The notes under the pieces were generated by a model. It was not told the DNA's origin and ran no database searches. It saw nothing but the letters and a program-made list of their open reading frames with translations. DNA of 64,000 bases from Candidatus Cryptobacteroides sp. (lineage in GTDB: Bacteria; Bacteroidota; Bacteroidia; Bacteroidales; UBA932), in contig JAZRWK010000001.1 of NCBI GenBank assembly GCA_045599665.1, positions 225 to 64,224 of the forward strand, given 5' to 3'. Positions 9,788-19,000 of the stretch are shown here, in pieces. Each line of letters starts with the position of its first letter. Position 1 is the first letter of the stretch. A program made the position numbers and the translations under genes.

Positions 9788-10333
9788 TTATGCCTCAGGA
9801 GTCTCAGCTGGAGCCTCAGCCTCTGCTGCTGCAGCCGCTGCTTCCTCAGCTGCCTTGCGTGCAGCCTCCTCAGCCTCAGCCTTTCTCTTAGCGATAGCCT
9901 CTGCTCTGTCAGCGTTTACCTTAGCCTCAGCCTCGATTGCTGCCTTAGCCTTAGCTGCAGCGTCCTTTGAAAGACCCTGCTTCTTAGCCTCGATCTTAGC
10001 ATCTCTCTGAGCCTTCCAATCTGCCCACTTCTTGTCAGCCTGCTCCTGTGTGAGTGCGCCCTTAGCTACACCACCATCAAGATGATGACGGAGAAGAACA
10101 CCCTCGTAAGAGAGGATACGACGAGCTGTGAGAGTTGGTTCTGCACCAACCTTGATCCATGCAAGTGCGCGCTCGTTGTTGAGAACGATAGTTGCAGGGT
10201 TTGTGTTAGGGTTGTAAGAGCCGAGCTGCTCGATGTAACGACCATCACGTCTAGCGTGTGAGTCAGCCACTACAATGTGGAAGAATGCGAAATTCTTCTT
10301 ACCGTGGCGCTGAAGACGAATTTTAACAGCCAT
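9788..10333 (-). CDS. rpsP: 30S ribosomal protein S16 with Ala/Glu/Lys-rich C-terminal extension
   Basis: N-terminus MAVKIRLQRHGKKNFAFFHIVVADSHARRDGRYIEQLGSYNP is canonical bS16. About 90 aa of low-complexity A/E/K tail follows. Confidence 0.95.
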   Translation of the reverse strand: MAVKIRLQRHGKKNFAFFHIVVADSHARRDGRYIEQLGSYNPNTNPATIVLNNERALAWIKVGAEPTLTARRILSYEGVLLRHHLDGGVAKGALTQEQADKKWADWKAQRDAKIEAKKQGLSKDAAAKAKAAIEAEAKVNADRAEAIAKRKAEAEEAARKAAEEAAAAAAEAEAPAETPEA

Positions 10334-10395
10334 TGTGAATCTGTTTTTAAAAAGTTATAAAATAAGTTGATACACCCTTCCCGAGGATGCGGATG

Positions 10396-10403
10396 CAAAG
10401 ATA
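10396..10403 (-). promoter_or_regulatory. Candidate -7 box (TATCTTTG) for rpsP-rimM
   Basis: Exact TAnnTTTG on the minus strand, about 60 nt upstream of the rpsP ATG. Confidence 0.4.
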
Positions 10404-10489
10404 GGAATACTTTTTTGAAGCACAAAGCATATTGTATATATGTATTTGAAAAAATATTGAAAAAGTTTTGGAGATTAAATATTCGTGTG

Positions 10490-10497
10490 TATATTTG
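10490..10497 (+). promoter_or_regulatory. Candidate promoter for tRNA-Leu (-7 TATATTTG, with TTTG -33-like element at 10467-10470)
   Basis: TAnnTTTG sits 33 nt upstream of the tRNA 5' end. A TTTG lies 19 nt upstream of the -7 box, matching the reported -33/-7 spacing. Confidence 0.45.
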
Positions 10498-10529
10498 CAA
10501 TCCCAAACGAAAGTTAGGGAGACATATTT

Positions 10530-10612
10530 GCGGTAGTGGTGAAATGGTAGACACGCTACTTTGAGGGGGTAGTGGGCGTTGGCCTGTGTGAGTTCGAGTC
10601 TCACCTACCGCA
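10530..10612 (+). tRNA. tRNA-Leu (anticodon GAG), class II with long variable arm
   Basis: Acceptor GCGGTAG/CTACCGC, anticodon stem CTACT/GGTAG with loop TTGAGGG, long variable arm, T arm GTGAG-TTCGAGT-CTCAC. Confidence 0.9.
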
Positions 10613-10617
10613 CGAAG

Positions 10618-10645
10618 GCTTCGGAAGAAATTCCGGAGCTTTTTT
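10618..10645 (+). terminator. Intrinsic terminator after tRNA-Leu
   Basis: Stem GCTTCGGAA / TTCCGGAGC (one G-U pair), loop GAAA, then TTTTTT. Confidence 0.55.
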
Positions 10646-10735
10646 CGTTTTCGCTCTTAATCAATTTTTTTGTAACTTGCGCAGTCGTTGTCGGGGAAGG
10701 GTGTCTCCGGCGGCAGTTATAACCAACTAATTGTT

Positions 10736-13186
10736 ATGAAGAAAATCTGGCTTATCGCCTGCGCCATTGCATGTACATTCACGGCCGGCGCCGAGAACAT
10801 TTCAGTAAAGTCATTCAAGCATGCCGGACCGTTTCCGGTGATGAAACCGTTCATGGTCGATGAGGTGAACGTCAATTCAAAGGCATATGATCCTTCGAGC
10901 ATTCTCGATACTCCTGTCTCAAAGGATGCGCTCAAGGATGCCCCTACCGTTTCAGGCGACGCACTCCCTGCGACCAGCTCGGAGTATGCTCTCAACTGGG
11001 CGACTTTCTCGTTCCAGAATACAAGCTACGCCACTGCGACCATCAAGGTCGAGGGTCTCTCCAGCTATAAGCTTTTCGTTGACGGAAAGCCTGCCGCAGG
11101 CGAGCTCAAGCTCAGCCCGTCTACCCACGAGGTGGACATCAAGTATGTCTCACAGGCAGGAAAGAGCGAGTCTCTCAAGGTGACGATCGATACACCTTCA
11201 GAGGGTAAGATCACTCTGCGTGAGGACGGCAAGCACTTCTATGGAATGAAGGACGTGCTTCTCGGAAAGCGTTTCTCAGGCATCGAGGTCTCTCCTGACG
11301 GAAAATACATGATCGTGTCATACAACACAACCATGGAAGGAGGCCGTACGAGCGCTTCTTCGCAGATCAAGGAGATTGCTACCGGCAAGGTAGTGGCTGA
11401 GAAGGCAGAGAGGGCAAGCTGGATGCCTGTTTCAAACAAGTACTACTATTCACATCGCACAGAGAAGGGCACACAGCTCATCGTTGCTGACCCGGCTACA
11501 GGTGCAGAGGAGATCCTCGTGGAGGACCTCCCTCAGGGCAGGTTCCAGATTTCACCTACAGAGGACTTCCTTATCTACTCGATGACACAGGAAGGCCCTA
11601 AGGAGCGTGACCATATCTACCAGATCCTTGAACCGGACGACCGCCAGCCAGGCTGGAGAAGCCGTTCATACGCTTCGAAGTACGACCTCAAGACAGGTAT
11701 GATGCAGCAGCTGACCTTCGGCTACCATGATTCATACGTGTCAGACATCTCGATGGACGGCAAGTATGCACTTGTCATGGTCAGCCAGTCACGTCTGACC
11801 GAGCGTCCTACCACTGTCGGCAGCCTCTACCTTCTCGACCTTGCCACACTTAAGGCAGAACTTCTCGTCGACAAGGACGGTTTCATGGGAAGAGCCAGCT
11901 TCTCTCCAGACGGAAAGCAGATCCTGCTCACAGGCTCTCCTGAGGCATTCGACCGTATCGGTATGAACGTCAAGCCAGGCCAGACACCTAGTCTTACACA
12001 GACAGAGCTCTATATCATGGACATCGCGACGAAGAAGATACGTCCGATGACAAAGAACTTCAACCCTAACATCAACAGCGGAGAGTGGAGCACTGCAGAC
12101 GGCATGATCTACTTCACAGCGGAGAATCTTGATCTCTACAGCCTCTACCGCCTGAACCCTAAGAACGGAAAGATCGACCAGATTCCTGTCAAGGAGGATC
12201 TCGTGAACCGTTTCTCAATCGCAGCGAACGTTCCTGTCATGGCTTACTATGGACAGGGTGCCATGAACTCAGACCGTCTTTACACCCTCGACCTCAAGAG
12301 CGGAAAATCAGAGCTTAAGGAGGACCTCAGCGCTGTCATCCTGAAGGATGTCGAGCTCGGTGAGTGCCATGAGTGGAACTTCAAGAACTCAAAGGGAGAG
12401 ACAGTGGTCGGCCGCTACTATCTTCCGCCTCATTTCGATCCTTCTAAGAAGTATCCAATGATCGTGAACTACTACGGTGGCTGCAGCCCTACCAGCCGCA
12501 ACTTCGAGAGCCGCTATCCACACCATGCCTACGCGGCGCTCGGCTATGTGGTCTACATCGTCGCAGTACCAAGCGGTGCTACAGGAAACGGCCAGGAGTG
12601 GAGCGCAAGACACGTGAACACAGCCGGCCAGGGCCCTGCAGAGGACATCATCGAGGGCGCCCAGAAGTTCTGTAGGGAGCACTCATTCGTAAACGAGAAG
12701 AAAGTCGGCATCATCGGTGCATCATATGGCGGTTTCATGTCTCAGTACATCCCGACCCTCACAGACTTCTTCGCGACCGCGATCTCACACGCCGGCATCA
12801 GTGACCATACAAGCTACTGGGGCTTCGGCTACTGGGGCTATTCATACAGCGAGACTTCTATGGCGAACAGCTATCCATGGAACCGTAAGGACCTCTATGT
12901 CGACCAGAGCCCTCTCTATCGTGCAGACAAGATCAACACACCTATCCTCTTTGTCCATGGTGACGCTGATACCAATGTCCCTGTGAACGAGAGCATCCAG
13001 ATGTTCACAGCCCTCAAGCTGCTTGGAAAAGAGACCGCATTTGTCGCTGTGAAGGACCAGAACCACCACATCCTCGAGTATCAGAAGCGTCTCGACTGGC
13101 AGGATACGATCTGGGCTTGGTTCGCCAAGTATCTCCAGGACGACCCTACATGGTGGGATTCAATCTACGCTCCTAAGAGTCTTTAA
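10736..13186 (+). CDS. S9-family serine peptidase (prolyl oligopeptidase/DPP-like, beta-propeller + alpha/beta hydrolase)
   Basis: Signal peptide MKKIWLIACAIACTFTAGA. Catalytic-triad contexts GASYGGF (Ser), VHGDADTNVP (Asp) and QNHHI (His). The ORF-track start at 10688 is TTG, so I use the ATG at 10736. Confidence 0.85.
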   Translation: MKKIWLIACAIACTFTAGAENISVKSFKHAGPFPVMKPFMVDEVNVNSKAYDPSSILDTPVSKDALKDAPTVSGDALPATSSEYALNWATFSFQNTSYATATIKVEGLSSYKLFVDGKPAAGELKLSPSTHEVDIKYVSQAGKSESLKVTIDTPSEGKITLREDGKHFYGMKDVLLGKRFSGIEVSPDGKYMIVSYNTTMEGGRTSASSQIKEIATGKVVAEKAERASWMPVSNKYYYSHRTEKGTQLIVADPATGAEEILVEDLPQGRFQISPTEDFLIYSMTQEGPKERDHIYQILEPDDRQPGWRSRSYASKYDLKTGMMQQLTFGYHDSYVSDISMDGKYALVMVSQSRLTERPTTVGSLYLLDLATLKAELLVDKDGFMGRASFSPDGKQILLTGSPEAFDRIGMNVKPGQTPSLTQTELYIMDIATKKIRPMTKNFNPNINSGEWSTADGMIYFTAENLDLYSLYRLNPKNGKIDQIPVKEDLVNRFSIAANVPVMAYYGQGAMNSDRLYTLDLKSGKSELKEDLSAVILKDVELGECHEWNFKNSKGETVVGRYYLPPHFDPSKKYPMIVNYYGGCSPTSRNFESRYPHHAYAALGYVVYIVAVPSGATGNGQEWSARHVNTAGQGPAEDIIEGAQKFCREHSFVNEKKVGIIGASYGGFMSQYIPTLTDFFATAISHAGISDHTSYWGFGYWGYSYSETSMANSYPWNRKDLYVDQSPLYRADKINTPILFVHGDADTNVPVNESIQMFTALKLLGKETAFVAVKDQNHHILEYQKRLDWQDTIWAWFAKYLQDDPTWWDSIYAPKSL

Positions 13187-13193
13187 CAATCAG

Positions 13194-13216
13194 GTGCCTG
13201 GCCTCGTGCCAGGCAC
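13194..13216 (+). terminator. Hairpin after the S9 peptidase gene (no T-tract)
   Basis: 9-bp stem GTGCCTGGC / GCCAGGCAC with a 5-nt loop, 8 nt after the stop codon. Confidence 0.35.
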
Positions 13217-13230
13217 AATAATCATATCAT

Positions 13231-14085
13231 ATGAAAGTAGGAATCATCGGCCTTGGTCTCATCGGAGGCTCAATGGCCATCGACCTCAAGCGAAGAGGTT
13301 TCGCGCAGGAGGTATATGGAGTAGAGGCGGAGCCAGTCAATGCAGCGGCAGCTGAGAAGATAGGCCTGGTCGACAGGATCGTCACATTCGATGAGTGTGT
13401 CGACCTGAGCGACGTCATCGTGATCGCTGTGCCGGTAGGCACTGCTGTCAAGATGCTTCCTCAGATCCTTGACAGGTTCGAGAAGATCGAGAACTGCAGG
13501 AAGGTGGTGATGGATGTCTGCTCGACCAAGGAGCAGCTTACCAAGGTAGCCTACTATCATCCTATGCGTGCCCATTATGTTGCGTCGCATCCTATGGCCG
13601 GTACCGAGTATTCAGGTCCATGGGCTGCCATGCCGGGCCTTTTTGACGGCCGAGCATGCATCATCTGCAACAGTGAGGAGTCAAGTCCACGCGCTGTGAA
13701 AGTCGTTGAGGATCTCTATGGCGCATTGAACATGCGCGCAATCTATATGAATTCATCAAACCATGATGTCCATACCGCATACGTGTCACACATCTCGCAT
13801 GTGACTTCGTTTGCGCTCGCGCTGACAGTGCTTGACAAGGAGAAGGATGAGAAACATATCTTCGACCTGGCGTCCGGAGGTTTCTCTTCAACCGTGCGTC
13901 TCGCGAAGTCGAGCGCTGACATGTGGGTGCCTATCCTCAGCCAGAACAGGGACAATGTCCTCCATGCAGTCGACACCTATATCGAGAAGATGAAGGCTTT
14001 CCGTGATGCGATCGCGGATTATGACGAGGATGAGATCCGTAAACTGATCGAATCAGCCAACAGCATCAAACGTATCATCCGCTAG
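13231..14085 (+). CDS. tyrA: Prephenate dehydrogenase
   Basis: N-terminal Rossmann MKVGIIGLGLIGGS and HPMAGTE motif. Length is typical of monofunctional TyrA. Confidence 0.85.
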   Translation: MKVGIIGLGLIGGSMAIDLKRRGFAQEVYGVEAEPVNAAAAEKIGLVDRIVTFDECVDLSDVIVIAVPVGTAVKMLPQILDRFEKIENCRKVVMDVCSTKEQLTKVAYYHPMRAHYVASHPMAGTEYSGPWAAMPGLFDGRACIICNSEESSPRAVKVVEDLYGALNMRAIYMNSSNHDVHTAYVSHISHVTSFALALTVLDKEKDEKHIFDLASGGFSSTVRLAKSSADMWVPILSQNRDNVLHAVDTYIEKMKAFRDAIADYDEDEIRKLIESANSIKRIIR

Positions 14086-16064
14086 ATCAGCAGCATAGTG
14101 ATGTGGTAGCCTACCCATGCGACTATCCATGCGAGGGCGAGTGAATTGACCACAGAGAAGATAGCCCATCGGCGTCCGATCTCTCGGCGCAGGGTTGCGA
14201 TCGTGGCGATGCACGGGAAGTAGAGGAGCACGAAGAGCATGAAGGCCCAGCTGGTGGCCGGGGTGAAGATGTGCTCTTCCCTGAGTGCGGTCGCCAATGC
14301 CTTTCCGCCGTCATCCTCCGGTGATGCGTGGTAGAGAATTCCCATGGTGCTGACGATGGCCTCCTTCGCAGGAAGGCCTGTGAGCAGGCAGACGTTCATC
14401 TTCCAGTCGAAGCCCAGAGGTGCCATTATCGGATCCATGCTCTTGCCGACCATTGCGAGATATGACTCTTCAGGGTTCTCTCCGTTACCGGTCTTCCCGG
14501 CTGGGAAGTATTCCAGAGCCCAGATTATCACTGACGCGGCGAGGATCACCGTAGAGATTTTCTTCAGGTAGTCGGATGCTCGCTCCCAGATATGCATGCC
14601 GGTGTTTCTCCATGTCGGCTTGCGGAAAGGCGGGAGTTCCGAGACATAGTCCTCGTCCTGCATCCTGAACCATTTCGTCTGCTTCATCACGAACGCGAAG
14701 ATGATGGAGAGCACGATACCTGTTACATAGATTCCCATCATCACAAGTGCCTTGTACTTTGCGAAGAACGCAGATACGAAGAGCATGTAGACAGGAAGAC
14801 GCGCTGAACAGCTCATGAAAGGTATCATGAGCATGGTAAGTGTCCTGTCTCTTTGGTTTCCGATGCTTTTTGCTGCCATGATCGCGGGGACGTTGCACCC
14901 GAAACCGATGAGCATAGGTATGAAGGAACGGCCGTGCAGGCCGACGAGGTGCATGATCTTGTCCATCAGGAATGCAGCTCTCGACATGTATCCCGAGTCT
15001 TCGAGCAGTGACAGGAAGAAGAACAGGATAATGATGTTCGGGAGGAATGAGAGTACTGCTCCCACGCCCTGGACGACTCCGTCGACGATGAGGCTGGTGA
15101 ACCAGCCAGGCCTCAGGAATGACAGCAGCCATGTGCAGAGGCCGCTGACCCCGTCCTCTATCCATCCCTGCGGATAGGCTCCGATGGTGAAGGTCATCTG
15201 GAAGACGCCCAGCAGGATGAGCACCATGAGAGGGAATCCCAGCCACTTGCTGGTCAGTACTGCGTCAAGCCTCTGAGTGAGGCTGTGGTCTGAGTTGTCG
15301 CTGCTGTGGACGACGGTCTCCTGGAGCGCGCCGGCCACGAATCCGCGCCTTGCCTTGGCTACGAGGTCCTCGGACTGCTCGCCGAATTCCTTCTCGAGGG
15401 CGTCGTGGGTCCTCCTGGTGACCGCGAGCACTTCCTCTGCGTTAGGGAGGGCGTTGATGTATGGGAGAATGTAGTCTCTGTGCTCAAGCAGGCGGACGGC
15501 GAGGTATCGCTCCGAAAAGTGCTGCCAATGCTCTGTGTGGCTTGAGTGGATCGCAGCTGAGATTTCCGTGATCGACTGCTCGATGTCCTGGCCGTAAGGG
15601 ACGTTTACCTTGTGGACGAAAGGCTCCTGGTAGACCTCGGCGATCTTCCCGAGTATCGTCATCTGACCAAGGTCGTTGTTGAAGTCAGCAGTGAGCACAG
15701 GCATTCCCAGCAGTTTGGAGAGCTGTCCGATGTTGACCGAATGGCCAGTCGCAAGATACCTGCGGTAGTTCTGCAGTGACATGATGACTTTCATGTCGAG
15801 GTCGATGAGCTTCGTGACCTGGTACATGGTACATTCAAGGTCCATGGCGTCCACCAGGTTGAGCACGACGTCAGGCGAGGTGTCGAGGATGGACGATATC
15901 TCGGGAAGCACGTCGAAACGTACTGAGTACCCGTTGAACGAAACGGTCTTGCTGGCGATGTTCCCGTCAGCACCTATCACTGCTACCTTGATGCATCTGG
16001 CATCGGCCTTCAATGCCGTCATCGGACAGCTGTGGCAATTCCCGTTACAGTTGAATGAATCCAT
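14082..16064 (-). CDS. FeoB-family transporter paralog with degenerate G domain and N-terminal Cys motif
   Basis: The membrane part carries FeoB gate motifs (LEDSGYMSRAAFLMDKIMH, GFGCNVPAIMA, PFMSCSARLPVY). The N-terminal ~170 aa aligns to the FeoB G domain but lacks G1, G3 and G4 (see findings). The N-terminus is MDSFNCNGNCHSCP. Confidence 0.8.
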   Translation of the reverse strand: MDSFNCNGNCHSCPMTALKADARCIKVAVIGADGNIASKTVSFNGYSVRFDVLPEISSILDTSPDVVLNLVDAMDLECTMYQVTKLIDLDMKVIMSLQNYRRYLATGHSVNIGQLSKLLGMPVLTADFNNDLGQMTILGKIAEVYQEPFVHKVNVPYGQDIEQSITEISAAIHSSHTEHWQHFSERYLAVRLLEHRDYILPYINALPNAEEVLAVTRRTHDALEKEFGEQSEDLVAKARRGFVAGALQETVVHSSDNSDHSLTQRLDAVLTSKWLGFPLMVLILLGVFQMTFTIGAYPQGWIEDGVSGLCTWLLSFLRPGWFTSLIVDGVVQGVGAVLSFLPNIIILFFFLSLLEDSGYMSRAAFLMDKIMHLVGLHGRSFIPMLIGFGCNVPAIMAAKSIGNQRDRTLTMLMIPFMSCSARLPVYMLFVSAFFAKYKALVMMGIYVTGIVLSIIFAFVMKQTKWFRMQDEDYVSELPPFRKPTWRNTGMHIWERASDYLKKISTVILAASVIIWALEYFPAGKTGNGENPEESYLAMVGKSMDPIMAPLGFDWKMNVCLLTGLPAKEAIVSTMGILYHASPEDDGGKALATALREEHIFTPATSWAFMLFVLLYFPCIATIATLRREIGRRWAIFSVVNSLALAWIVAWVGYHITMLLI

Positions 16065-16071
16065 GATTGTG

Positions 16072-16079
16072 CAAAATTA
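16072..16079 (-). promoter_or_regulatory. Candidate -7 box (TAATTTTG) only 7 nt upstream of the FeoB-like ATG
   Basis: Exact TAnnTTTG on the minus strand. This spacing would give a leaderless or near-leaderless mRNA. Confidence 0.35.
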
Positions 16080-16208
16080 CAATCTTGTTCTGATACTTCC
16101 CGTACCTATTTATTGGTATTTTAGTATTTCTCCCGCATTGTGTCGTGACAAATCTTATCCATGTCATCTAAAAAGGGTTTTTTCCTTTCAATATTCAAGT
16201 AATTCAAC

Positions 16209-16216
16209 TATTTTTG
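16209..16216 (+). promoter_or_regulatory. Candidate -7 box (TATTTTTG) for the cit-acn-icd unit
   Basis: Exact TAnnTTTG 59 nt upstream of the citD ATG. Confidence 0.4.
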
Positions 16217-16274
16217 CAAGCGTTTTATAACCATTGAAACCAACTGACAAATATTACTCACTAATTATACCGAA

Positions 16275-16556
16275 ATGGAAATCAAGAACGCTGTTGCCGG
16301 TACTCTTGAATCTGGAGATATCATGATCCAGATCGCACCGGCTGAAAAGGAGGGCCTCCACATCGATCTTGACAGCACTGTCGCCGCTCAGTTCGGCAGA
16401 CAGATCCGCGCCGTCATCGAAGAGACTCTGACAGGTATGGGCGTTACTGACGCCGAAATCAAGGCTACCGACAAAGGAGCCAGGGATTGTACCATCCGCG
16501 CAAGAGTGACTGCGGCTGCAGTCCGTGCCACCGGAGTGGATGTCTGGGAATCATAA
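16275..16556 (+). CDS. citD: Citrate lyase acyl carrier protein (gamma subunit)
   Basis: 93 aa with AGTLESGD (prosthetic-group Ser context), immediately followed by citE and citF. Confidence 0.9.
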   Translation: MEIKNAVAGTLESGDIMIQIAPAEKEGLHIDLDSTVAAQFGRQIRAVIEETLTGMGVTDAEIKATDKGARDCTIRARVTAAAVRATGVDVWES

Positions 16557-16567
16557 TCAGAATCAGC

Positions 16568-17461
16568 ATGGAAAGACTAAGGAGAACAATGATGTTCATT
16601 CCGGGCAATAACCCGGCAATGATGCAGGACGCGTTCATCTATCGTCCTGATTCTATCATGCTCGACCTCGAGGATGCAGTCACTATGGCTGAGAAGGACG
16701 CAGCGCGTCTTCTCGTCCACAATGCCCTGAAGTCAATCGACTTCCGCGGAATCGAGAGAGTAGTACGTATCAATCCTCTCAGCACACCATACGGAAGAAA
16801 AGACGTCGAGGCTGTCATCAAGGGTGGCGTGGACGTGATCCGTATGCCTAAGACAGAGACGGCTGACGAAGTCCGTGAGCTTGAGGCTGAGATCGAGAAG
16901 GTCGAGACAAAGCTCGGCTGTCTTGGCAGGACCCGTATCATGGCTGCCATCGAGAGCGCTGAAGGTATCTGCAATGCATATGCAATTGCAAAGGCATCCA
17001 AGAGAATGATGGGTATCGCCCTCGGCGCAGAGGACTATACAGCGAACCTCAAGACTCAGAGAACTCCTGGAGGAGCAGAGCTTCTCTTTGCCCGCCAGAC
17101 AATCGTCGTCGCTGCACGTGCAGCAGGCATCGACTGTTTCGACACAGTGTTCTCGAATCTCGATGACATGGAGTCGTTCCGCAATGAGGTGGAACTCATC
17201 CATAATCTTGGATTCGACGGCAAGTCTATCATCAACCCTCGCCAGATCTCAATAGTCAACGAGGTGTTCGCTCCAAAGGCAAAGGACATCGAGAAGGCCC
17301 GCAAGATCATCGCAGGCATCAAGGAAGCAGAAGCCAAGGGCTCAGGTGTCATCTCAGTCAACGGCAAGATGGTAGACCGCCCTGTCGTTCTCAGAGCACA
17401 GCGCACCATGGAACTTGCAATCGCATCTGGCATTATGACAAGGGAGGAAGCATATGAGTAG
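16568..17461 (+). CDS. citE: Citrate lyase beta subunit (citryl-CoA lyase)
   Basis: HpcH/HpaI-type fold and strong resemblance to CitE (MERLRRTMMFIPGNNP.., ..IRMPKTET..). I use the ATG at 16568 because the ORF-track N-terminus overlaps citD. Confidence 0.9.
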   Translation: MERLRRTMMFIPGNNPAMMQDAFIYRPDSIMLDLEDAVTMAEKDAARLLVHNALKSIDFRGIERVVRINPLSTPYGRKDVEAVIKGGVDVIRMPKTETADEVRELEAEIEKVETKLGCLGRTRIMAAIESAEGICNAYAIAKASKRMMGIALGAEDYTANLKTQRTPGGAELLFARQTIVVAARAAGIDCFDTVFSNLDDMESFRNEVELIHNLGFDGKSIINPRQISIVNEVFAPKAKDIEKARKIIAGIKEAEAKGSGVISVNGKMVDRPVVLRAQRTMELAIASGIMTREEAYE

Positions 17462-18986
17462 CTATATGGAAAGATCAGCAGCTGTGAAGTCTGTCGCAGC
17501 GGCTATGAACAAGCAGGTGTTCGCCAACAAAATCGAGAAGAGCGGCGAATTCCGTAAGGAGTACCAGATGAAGGGCTCTAAGATCGCCACCCTCGAGGAT
17601 GCGATCATCAAGAGCGGCCTGAAGGACGGAATGACAATCTCGTTCCACCACCATTTCCGTGGAGGTGACAAGGTCGTGAACATGGTAGTAAACAAGCTTG
17701 CTGCCATGGGATTCAAGAACCTTACCATCGCGGCATCCAGCCTTTCAGACGTACACGCACCGCTTATCGAGCATATAAAGAATGGCGTGATCACCGGCAT
17801 CTCGACATCAGGTCTGCGCGGTGAACTCGCAGAGGAGATCTCACGTGGCCTTCTCAAGGAACCTGTAGTGTTCCGAAGCCATGGTGGACGTGGCGGAGCA
17901 GTGATGTCAGGCGAACTCCACATCGACGTGGCGTTCCTCGGAGCATCTTCATGCGACCCTGCCGGCAACGCATCAGGCTACAGCCGTTCAGAGAACGCCA
18001 AGTCTATCTGCGGAGCCCTCGGATACGCTATTCCTGATTCAATGATGGCAGACAAGGTCGTGATCATCACCGATGACCTCGTAGAATATCCTAACATCCC
18101 TAACGCCATCTCAGAGGACGACGTTGACTATGTGGTCCTCGTGGATTCTGTCGGAGATTCATCAAAGATATCTTCAGGTGCCATCCGTGACACCAAGAAC
18201 CCTCGTGACATTCTCCTCGCTCAGATGGCTGCCAAGGTAATCATCAACGGAGGCTACTTCCAGGATGGATTCTCAATCCAGACAGGTTCCGGCGGAGCAT
18301 CGCTCGCAGCCGTGAAGTATATCCGTGAGAGCATGATCGAAAAGGGTATCCACGCATCATATGCACTTGGTGGAATTACCGCCCATATGGTGAAGATGCA
18401 TGAGGAAGGTCTCATCCATCGTCTGATCGACGTCCAGTCATTCGACAGAGTAGCTGCGGAGTCGATCAAGACAAACCTTCTCCACAAGGGCGTGGGTGCC
18501 AACGAGTACGCAAGTACAGCGGAAGGCTCGGCAGTACACTATCTTGACATGGTGATCCTTTCTGCCCTTGAGGTAGACGTGAACTTCAACGTCAACGTAC
18601 TTGTCGGCAGCAACGGTGTCATCCGTGGCGCAGTCGGCGGACATCCTGACACAGCAGCGGAGTCAGCTCTCTCTATCGTCGTATGTCCTCTCATGAGAGG
18701 CCGCATCCCTTGCGTAGTCAAGGAAGTGACCACTCTCGTGACCCCTGGCTCTACGGTCGATGTCATCGTAACGGAATACGGTATCGCAGTCAACCCTCGT
18801 CGCCCTGAACTTGCAGAGCGCCTCAGGAAGGCCGGTCTCGAGATCGTGGACATCCATGAACTCCAGAGACTCGCATACGACTATGTCGGTGAACCTGATC
18901 CGCTTCCGTTCGGAGACAAGGTAGTAGGTGTCGTTCTCAACCGTGACGGTTCCGTACAGGACGTCATCATGAACATCCTCGATTAA
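17454..18986 (+). CDS. citF: Citrate lyase alpha subunit (citrate CoA-transferase)
   Basis: 510 aa, CitF-like over its whole length. 8-nt overlap with citE. Confidence 0.9.
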   Translation: MSSYMERSAAVKSVAAAMNKQVFANKIEKSGEFRKEYQMKGSKIATLEDAIIKSGLKDGMTISFHHHFRGGDKVVNMVVNKLAAMGFKNLTIAASSLSDVHAPLIEHIKNGVITGISTSGLRGELAEEISRGLLKEPVVFRSHGGRGGAVMSGELHIDVAFLGASSCDPAGNASGYSRSENAKSICGALGYAIPDSMMADKVVIITDDLVEYPNIPNAISEDDVDYVVLVDSVGDSSKISSGAIRDTKNPRDILLAQMAAKVIINGGYFQDGFSIQTGSGGASLAAVKYIRESMIEKGIHASYALGGITAHMVKMHEEGLIHRLIDVQSFDRVAAESIKTNLLHKGVGANEYASTAEGSAVHYLDMVILSALEVDVNFNVNVLVGSNGVIRGAVGGHPDTAAESALSIVVCPLMRGRIPCVVKEVTTLVTPGSTVDVIVTEYGIAVNPRRPELAERLRKAGLEIVDIHELQRLAYDYVGEPDPLPFGDKVVGVVLNRDGSVQDVIMNILD

Positions 18987-19000
18987 GACTTTGATTCTAT

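Noticed and set aside
9788-10060. The Ala/Glu/Lys-rich tail of ribosomal protein S16 as a possible gene fusion or repeat element.
   Set aside because: It is in frame with a canonical bS16 N-terminal domain. As far as I recall, long charged C-terminal extensions of S16 are normal in Bacteroidota, so this is not novel.
10688-10735. N-terminal extensions given by the ORF track (10688, 7442, 16487, 51397, 50512, 60807, 48866, 26346, 2067).
   Set aside because: They start at TTG or GTG, or overlap the upstream gene. They also precede an ATG that opens a canonical N-terminus or signal peptide. I used the downstream ATG in each case.
14082-14085. Overlapping convergent stop codons (tyrA/FeoB-like CTAG at 14082-14085; OstA-like/tdh overlap at 57885-57898) as a regulatory feature.
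   Set aside because: Short convergent overlaps are common in compact genomes. No hairpin or other structure is associated with them. Noted only for completeness.
16023-16064. The CX3CX2C at the N-terminus of the FeoB-like protein as evidence of a radical SAM enzyme.
   Set aside because: The motif sits in a ~25-residue leader in front of a FeoB G-domain remnant. There is no TIM-barrel-sized region or SAM-binding motif. It is more likely a small metal-binding knuckle.
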